From positions 19,986,629 to 20,050,628 of the forward strand of contig NC_081391.1 of NCBI RefSeq assembly GCF_030684315.1: a DNA stretch of 64,000 nucleotides, given 5' to 3'. This document shows positions 56,254 through 64,000 of this stretch, one piece after another (positions within the stretch are counted from its first letter, which is position 1; each line of letters opens with the position of its first letter). Under the pieces are notes generated by a model that worked only from the letters and a program-made list of their open reading frames with translations, was not told the origin of the DNA and ran no database searches. Source of the stretch: Stegostoma tigrinum. Lineage: Eukaryota. Made by a program: the position numbers and the translations under genes.

Positions 56254-58435
56254 CCACTATCCACTATCCCTTCTGTGAAGAAGCTGTTTCTGACATTATC
56301 CTGGACAGTTTAGCACTAATTTGAAGATTCTATTTCCATTCCAGACCCTACGTCCTAGATGACCCATTGAGACTAAACAATTCCTCTCAAGCTACCCTGT
56401 CAAATCCACGAATGCTCTTAAAACTTTCAATTACCGCCATCTCTTAACCTTCCATACTGAGGGACTCGGGCAAGCTGCCATCATCATTTAACCAGCTCTT
56501 TATCTCTGAGTTGATTCTGGAAATTCCCTGCTGCACCATCTTCAGGCCCAATCTGCCGAAAATGAGATCTCCAGAGGTGGTTGAACCAGAATGTGACAAT
56601 TTCACAAAAAAACCTCCACCCAGGGGTGTTCAAATCCCTTTGAGATCAGGACTGACATTGAATTATTTTCTTTGTTCAGTGTTTTTATATCTCGTCACTA
56701 GTTTCAATACATTTTTGTCCACTTGTCTCAGTTTCATTTTGATCATTAGTTTTGACAACCCAGCAGAAGATGTTCCCATTTCTAAAATACTCTGGCTCAT
56801 CTTTCTTGGTCAGAAGTGGATAACTTCACACTTCCCCTTATTGAACTGTATCAGCCAGTCTTCCCAACTCCATGGAAGTTTGAAACATTCTCCTGCCATG
56901 ATAAAGTGCCACTTGATGTAATGCCATCAGCAAATATTTGAATTGAGGCAGTCCATTTCTTCATCTGTAACATTTATAATCCAAGGAAAAGTTAAGGCCC
57001 CAGCTTCGCTCCTTGGGGAAAGTAATCACATCTTGCTTTTTCTTTTATTACCTCATGGGGTGAACGTTTTGTTGGCTGGCCCAGCATTTATTGCACTTCC
57101 CTAATTATTATTGTCTTCTTGAATTGCTGTTGTCCATTTGGTGCAGGGAGATCCATAATGCCATTTTGGACAGAATTCCAGGATTCAGATGGTATGACTG
57201 TAGATTGAGTTTTGCCTCATGAGCTTCATTGAGTATTTTGAAGAAGTGATGAAGAGCAATGATGAGGGCAGAGTGGTGGGAGTGATCTACATGGGCTGTA
57301 ATGAAGCGTTTGACAATGTTGCTCACAGTAAGCTGTTTAGCAAAGTGAGATCACATGGAATCCAGGGAGAATTATCCATTTGGATACAGAAATGGCTCAA
57401 AGGTGGAAGGCACAGGGTGCCGGTAGAGGCAACAAAGTGTGGAGCTGGAGGAACACAGCAGCCCAGGCAGCATCAGAGGAGCAGAAAAGCTGATGTTTCG
57501 GGTTGAGACCCTTGAGAAACTGGGAGGGGGAAGGGGAAGCTCAGAAATAAAGAGGACGGGTGGGACTGGGAAGGTAGATGGGATGGTGATGGGTGAGTGC
57601 AGATCGGGAGTGGTCAGTGAGGTGGGAAAAGAAGATGTACATGAACAGGTCAAGGAGTTGGGGATTGGTCATGGGATTAGGAGACTTGAGGTTAATAAGG
57701 TTCACATTTAGTGTCTTGGGCTGTAAGCTCCCAAGGCAGAATGAGGTGCTACTCCTCCAGTTTGCGAATGACATTGGTGTGATACTGGAGGATACCCAAG
57801 GTGGACAGGTCAGCCATGGATTGGTAGGGGGGGAAAAGAAGTTAAAACGTTTTGCGATTGGAAAATATTGTTTGTTGCTCATTGAGCACAGATGCTCTTG
57901 AAAAACTGTCTCCCTCATGGTGGCTACATTGGGTGCAGCCGATACAATAGACCAACTTCAAACAGGTGCAGGTGATCTGTGTCTGATGCCGAAGGTTTGT
58001 TTGTTTTTGTTCTGAATGGAGACACGGGCTGGATGTGGTGGTGGGGCGCCGAGGGTGTCAGGGAATGGTTTAGCTGTTCCTGCAGTTGCAGGGAACAGGG
58101 CTGGGGTTAATGGGGAGTACAGAGTGGATGAGGGAGTGGCAGGGATACAAGCGTAGAGGTACTGGGGTGTCCACAGTAAGAGGGGCTATGCCTGCTTCTG
58201 TGGGATATGTGGAACAGTCCCTCTTCTGCTGCTACACTGGCATTATCCCCTGCCTGTTCCTTACTCAAAGATTAACAGTAAATAGCCAGCTACATTGCTG
58301 TGTGGGTGGTGAGTCAGCTGTCGGCCAACTGCTTTCCTTCCCTGAAAGGGTGAAAAAAGTTTAGAACTGTTGACAGTTGGCCTTTCTGCAAATTGAGTGA
58401 AGTGTCTCTGCTACTCTGACCCACCCCCCCACTGA

Positions 58436-58500
58436 AGCCTCGAGGCAATGAAGGGAACTCTGCAGATAAAGAAGGTGAACCAGAGGCTCCTGGATCTCCT
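58436..58500 (+). pseudogene. Inverted orphan ferritin exon-3 fragment (paralog of 38558-38627)
   Basis: ctcgaggcaatgaagggaactctgcagataaagaaggtgaaccagaggctcctggatctc reads LEAMKGTLQIKKVNQRLLDL. Confidence 0.75.
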
Positions 58501-59432
58501 TCTCTGCAAATGTAGCTTTAATTGCACCAGCTGTCCTCAGCAGTTGATTGCTGGAGCAAGAACAGGGACTATGCCACATTTGTCCCACACGCTACAAGGT
58601 GGGCATTGAGGATAGGACACACTGTTACAGGAGAGAGCAGATTCCTCACACAGTCTCCTACAGTAGAGACTTGTTAGAAAATCCAATTCCTTAGCTTGGG
58701 AAACTAGAACAGTGGTGTATTGCTTGCTCAAAGAAGCATGGAACAAAAGCAACCTGCATGCCAGATGCTATTGCTGTTACAGTCTTAAGGAATATTTTGA
58801 ATGCTTAGATTCTACCAGTAAAGTTAACAGAATATTACTGGCAAAACTGAGGCCTGGCAGTACCTGGGGACAGACTTCAGTTGTGGAGTCGCCAGACTCA
58901 AACATTAACTGGTTTAATCAACACACATCCAGAGTTCCACCTGCACCTATCCCGCCACTCCCCAACCCCAATTTTTATTTTGTATGAACCCAGCTTTTCG
59001 GAAAGTTGGAGTATTGCTAGGGAGAGGGCACCAGTTAAGTGGCTAACAGTTAGACAGAGTGGAGCAATTTTGGTCAAGCTATTCGCGAGAGACTACTCTT
59101 ACAGAATTGTCACAGTGAGGACAAGACAGATAGTGAGCATTGCGAACAAGCCAAAAGCTTAACAGTTGTGATTTCCACAACAATTACTCACTTCAAAAAT
59201 TCTTCTGACTCTGGATTCAGAAACTGAACAAAAATTGCCAGGGCAAGCATCGATTCAATGCAGAGAGCAAAAAGCCGAAGGGATTTAATAATCAGATAAT
59301 AAACAGCCAAATAAATGAAGCAGTCACTCAAAGTCGTCAGATACATGGGCAATGTTTTCATTGACTTTTTTGTGCACTCTGCACTTGCACTAGAACACCA
59401 GTGTACATGAAATGGAGTTGTTGAATCCCCAT

Positions 59433-61208
59433 TCAGCTCAGGCTGAGCCTGTCGAACAGATACTCTCCTTTGCCCTTCTGAGGGGCTCCCAGTCTCTTCA
59501 GGTTGGTGATGTGATCTCCCAGCTTCTTGATCATCTTCACTTGCTCATCCAAGTAGTGCCTCTCCAGGAAGTCGCACAGCTGGAAGACAAGACAAGTTAG
59601 TTGAGTCCATTGAAGACATATGGAAGTGACCCTTAATTCAGATTTAACAAATCACCACCATGTTGAGGGAGAGGGGCACTCTGGTGATGCGTTTGGACTG
59701 TTGTAGATTTAACAGTCTGCAGGAGGCAGTTATGAGATAATTGTATTCCCCCTCCCCCCAGGAGCAGACAAACAGATCACTTTCAGGTTGGAAACATTCA
59801 TCTTTCCTGTAATTTGAAAGTCATCCTGGTAGTTTGTTGCTCTAAAGGCCATCAGCCCTACATGCTGAATTTAGCAGTGAAAGGCCAGGGAGCTTCTTGG
59901 AGAGAAAGTGAGGAACTCACATGAGGGTCTGTGTGGCCAGAGGAGAGTTTGTGCAGATCCAGCAGACTCCGGTTCACATCCTTCTCCATCTGCTGAGCTC
60001 CCTGCATTTCCTCCAGACCATTGCCATGGTCAGCCTTCTGAAGTGGCAGCGTGGGGGTGGATGGTAAGAGACAAGACACATCACTTAAAACGCAAGAAAC
60101 CAGTGAAAAAAGCAACAAGATCTCCATCCCATTAAGAGAGTGTACAACAGCTAAGAGATTATATCCAAAGCATTAAAATGAAATACTGTTCTAGGCTTAA
60201 AGAGGTCTTCATCAGGACAAGATCACATTCCATTAAAACCAACCTTGATGTCCTACAGGAGGACCCAGCACCCACATTCATTCTGGAATGCCATCAGTTT
60301 CTCAGCATGTTCCCATTCCTTCAAGGAGTAGTCCCATGAGAACTCAGCAAAGTGACACAGGCAACATCTTCCCAGTAAAAGTAAAAGGATTGTAAACAGG
60401 GAAGCCCATTGGGGTTTGCTGTTGAAGATCCTTCTCTACTTGAAATGCTTCTTCAGTCAGGCCTGCAGGTTCTGGAAGGGAAATCCTCCCTTGTAAATCA
60501 CAACAAAAACAACACCAGAATATGTGGAGGCTCTTTCCTTGTAAAGCAGGAAGGAAGGGAAACAAGCATCTTCCTACAAGTTGCGGGGGGGGGGCGTGAA
60601 TATTTCATACTTGACTCCAAATATTAAGCATTAAATGACACCTCATCATTCTGAAAGTCCATATGGTTAAGTGAAAATGGCTCAGCTTCAGTGAGGAAAC
60701 CTTCCAACACAGAACAGAGTTCCCCACTCTGAAGTGAACTTACAAAGCTTACTAGTAAAGTATTGACAGCAAATAGACCCAGAGATTGAGAGTGTTCCTC
60801 CCTCTGGGATTGGAGGTCTAGGGTCACATATGTTCTAGAAGTAAGAGATCAGGTCTCTGGGCAAATTGACTTACTCTAACTATTCAATAGAATAAATCCA
60901 ATTACATTGAACAAAAAGAAAAACAAACAGACTTCTCAGGTCATACATCAAGATCAAACCATTGAAAGATTATTCACTTCTCAAGGTCAGGGGAAGGCCA
61001 CAGAAGATTCTAACATGAATTGAATGATGCAGAGAGATCCTACACCCACAATACAAGGAGACCACAGCTTGAAATCTGAAATAAATCCAGAGAACACCAC
61101 AATCACCATGGAGAGATAAACACAGGAAAAAGAAAGCACCAGGTTGATCTGCTTGTTAACAACACCCTCACAGTCCTTGTGGTAGCTCTGATGCACCTGG
61201 GAGGCCAT
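59433..61208 (-). pseudogene. Ferritin pseudogene copy J
   Basis: Exon 1 61107-61208 (E27V). Exon 2 about 60244-60390 with 20-bp inversion, indels and CAG>TAG. Exon 3 59921-60037 (9-bp deletion). Exon 4 59433-59579 intact. TATA mutated. Confidence 0.92.
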
Positions 61209-62705
61209 CCTCACTGTTCCTGCTCACAATCACTTGGACAAGTCTAGAACTGAGTCTCCCTCCCACAAGCTCTTGTATTGACACTCCAGAGAACATCCTG
61301 CACCAACCAGGGAATGACATCACTAACAATGATTGACAATCTCTGACAGCCAATCAGGAATCTGCAAGAACCCAGTCACCAATGAACAGAGGAGGAGGAG
61401 AGTGGGGCAATGTGCTGAGACCCAGAGTCAATCAGAGATTTGGGCAACAGTCAGGTTGAGATTATTATTCTGTGATAACGAGAGCACTTAGCCTCTCAAA
61501 CCTGTCCCCTAATTCAACTGGATCGGTGCGAGTCTGAGTCTTCATTTAATACCTTTGCCTGGGTTCTGCATCGCATCATATTGCGAACTAGCACAGCTCA
61601 ACAAATCAGTTTTGAAATGTCCAAGGGGCTTGCAGAATTTTGGGAGTGATACTGTAATGTTTGAGATTAAGCATCATCACTGATTACCATAGCTTTGATC
61701 TGAAGATTATTCCCCCTTTTCCAGGATTACTTCGCCACAGGAAACAGTACATTCTCTAACGGCACGATTAGATCCATTAATAATCCAAAGTACCTGGATA
61801 ATATTCGTTCTCGAGTCTTCCACAATCTTGCAAGGACAAGGCTAGTTGATGTAAACTGTATTCATAACGTAACCAGCTTGGGGCTGAGAAAATGCTGGTG
61901 AATCTGTGCTAAGGTCCCTCAAATAACCCTGTCAGAGCTCAGCACAGCGCTCCAAATGTGCTCTGATGCCACTTCTATGCTGTTGTATGACAACACATGC
62001 TGTTTTGTTGCCCAGCCGGCTTGGGGGGAAACTGAGCACGTTCTGGCCTTTTTAATTCGGCTTTCATATCTGCCCACTGCCACACGGTTATTACGGTGCT
62101 GATGGTGACCATTCAGCCCATCGTATCCACCACCAACTCGCTGAGCGTTTCACCTCTTGCCATTCTCCTGCACTGTCCCTGTAATCTCCATGTTATTCCC
62201 TTTCAGATATCAGTCCTATTCCCTTTTGAATGCGTGAATTGAACCTGCCTCCAACACACTCTCGGACTATACATTTCACACCCTATCCACTCGCTGTGTT
62301 GGAAGGTTTTTATTTTCGCAGATCACTTCAGCTTCTTTTGCCAATTTTAAACCTGTGCCTTCTTGCTCCTGACCCTTTCACAAATGGGAACATCGTGCCA
62401 CTGTTTGTTCTTTCTGGATCCGTATTTGAGCCGTTTGCTTTCCAGAGAGAAAAGTCCCAGCTTCTCCAATATATCCTCACACCTGAAATTCCTCATTCCT
62501 GTTGCCATTCCAGGAAGCCTCCTCTGCACTCTCTCCAGTACCTCCACTCTTTCCTTCAGTGTGATGTGCAGAATGAGACACAGTATTCCTGTTGGGGTCA
62601 AACTTAAGCAGGTTCAGCATAATCACCTTGCTCTTGTACACTTGCCCCTACTAATAAAGCTCAGGGCGCTGCGAGCTTTATTAACCATTCGCTTGAACAG
62701 TCCTC

Positions 62706-64000
62706 AGAGATAATGGGAACTGCAGATGCTGGAGAATCCGAGAAAACAAAGTGTGGAGCTGGATGAACACAGCAGGTCAAGCAGCATCTTAGGAGCACAA
62801 AAGCTGACGTTTTGGGCCTAGACCCTTCATCAGCAAAGGGGGTTTGGGGAAAGAATTCTGAAATAAATAGGGAGAGGGGTAGGCGGACCGAAGATGGATG
62901 GAGGAGAAGGTAGGTGGAGAGGAGAGTATGGGTGGGGAGGTAGGGAGGGGATAGGTCAGTCCGGGGAGGATGGACAGGTCAAAGGGGCCAGGTGAGGTTA
63001 GTAGGTAGGAAATGGAGGTGTGGCTTGAGGTGGGAGGAGGGTCTAGGTGAGAGGAAGAACAGGTTAAGGAGGCTGGGATGAGCTGGGCTGGTTTTGGGAT
63101 GCAGTGGGAGGAGCGGAGATTTTGAAGCTGGTGAAAGCCACATTGATACCATTGGGCTGCAGAGTTCCCAAGTGGAATATGAGTTGCTGTTCCTGCAACC
63201 TATGGGTGGCATCATTATGGCACTGCAGGAGGACCAGGATGGACATGTTGTCACAGGAACGGCGGGGAGAGTTGAAATGGTGCACGACTGGGAGGTGCAG
63301 TTGTTTACTGCAAACTGAGCGTCGGTGTTCTGCAAAGCGGTCCCCAAGCCTCCGCTGTGTTTCCCCAATGTAGAGGAAGCCACGCCGTGTACAGCAGATG
63401 TAGTGTACCACATTGGCGGATGTGCAGGTGAAGATCTGTTTGATGTGGAAAGTCATCTTGGGGCCTGGGATGGGGGTGAGGGAGGAGGTGTGGGGGCAGG
63501 TGTAGCACTTCCTGCGGTTGTAGCAGAAAGTGCTGGGTGTAGTGGGTTTGGATGGGAGTGTGGAGCGAACAAGGACATCGCGGAGAGAATGGTCTCTCCG
63601 AAAGCAGACAATGGTGGGATAGAAAAATGTCTTTGGTGGTGGAGATGGATTGTAGATGGCAGAAGTGTCGGAGGACGATGCATTATATCCAGAGGCTAGT
63701 GGGGTGGTATGTGAGGACTAGGGGGATCCTCTTGGGGAAGTTATTGCGAGGGTAGTGTGTGAGGGATGAGTTGTGGGAAATGCGGGAGACACGATTGAGG
63801 ACATTCTCGCCCACTGCAAAGGGGGAAGTGGCGGTCCTGTAAGAACGAGGACATCTGGGATGTGCAGGAGTGGAATGCCTCTTCTTGGAGCAGATGGGGG
63901 AAGAGGCAAAGGAATTGGGAATAGGGCATGGAGTTTTTGCAGGAAGGTGGGTTGGAGGAGGCGTATCACAGGTAGCTGTGGGAGTTGGTGGGCTCGAAAT
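62706..64000 (-). mobile_element. Penelope-like element, paralog of 42776-44150, running off the window
   Basis: ORF 63064-63456 [29 protein letters not shown]…QEQQLIFHLGTLQPNGIN. Confidence 0.88.

Noticed and set aside
61209-61225. CAGTGA just upstream of the copy J ATG as a possible IRE loop
   Set aside because: Flanks (ggaa / ggat) cannot form the 5-bp upper stem, and the other copies have TAGTGA or similar at this position.

Overview
Eukaryotic, repeat-rich DNA. The shark-type HE1-like SINEs, CR1/HER1-like LINEs and Penelope-like elements suggest a cartilaginous fish (inference). The window is a tandem array of ten four-exon ferritin genes, all on the minus strand, here labelled A-J from left to right. 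Six have intact ORFs (B, C, D, E, F, H; 173 aa, coding exons 102/147/126/147 bp). One lacks exon 1 and has a C-terminal read-through (A), and three are pseudogenes (G, I, J). Two inverted orphan exon-3 fragments are also present. The proteins keep the H-type ferroxidase ligands but have M/L-like features. None of the nine first exons has a recognisable iron-responsive element in its short TATA-to-ATG leader; the promoters instead share TATA, CRE-like, CCAAT and kappaB-like motifs. The array is built from mosaic segmental duplications, roughly a three-gene cassette present three times. Notable events include a microhomology deletion, a chimeric gene, a 20-bp inversion inside exon 2, near-perfect homogenisation of exon 4 even in pseudogenes, and Penelope-like insertions whose 3' ends carry a minimal hammerhead-ribozyme-like motif. 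All coordinates and comparisons were read by eye; no alignments or searches were run. Residue numbers follow human FTH1 without the initiator Met.
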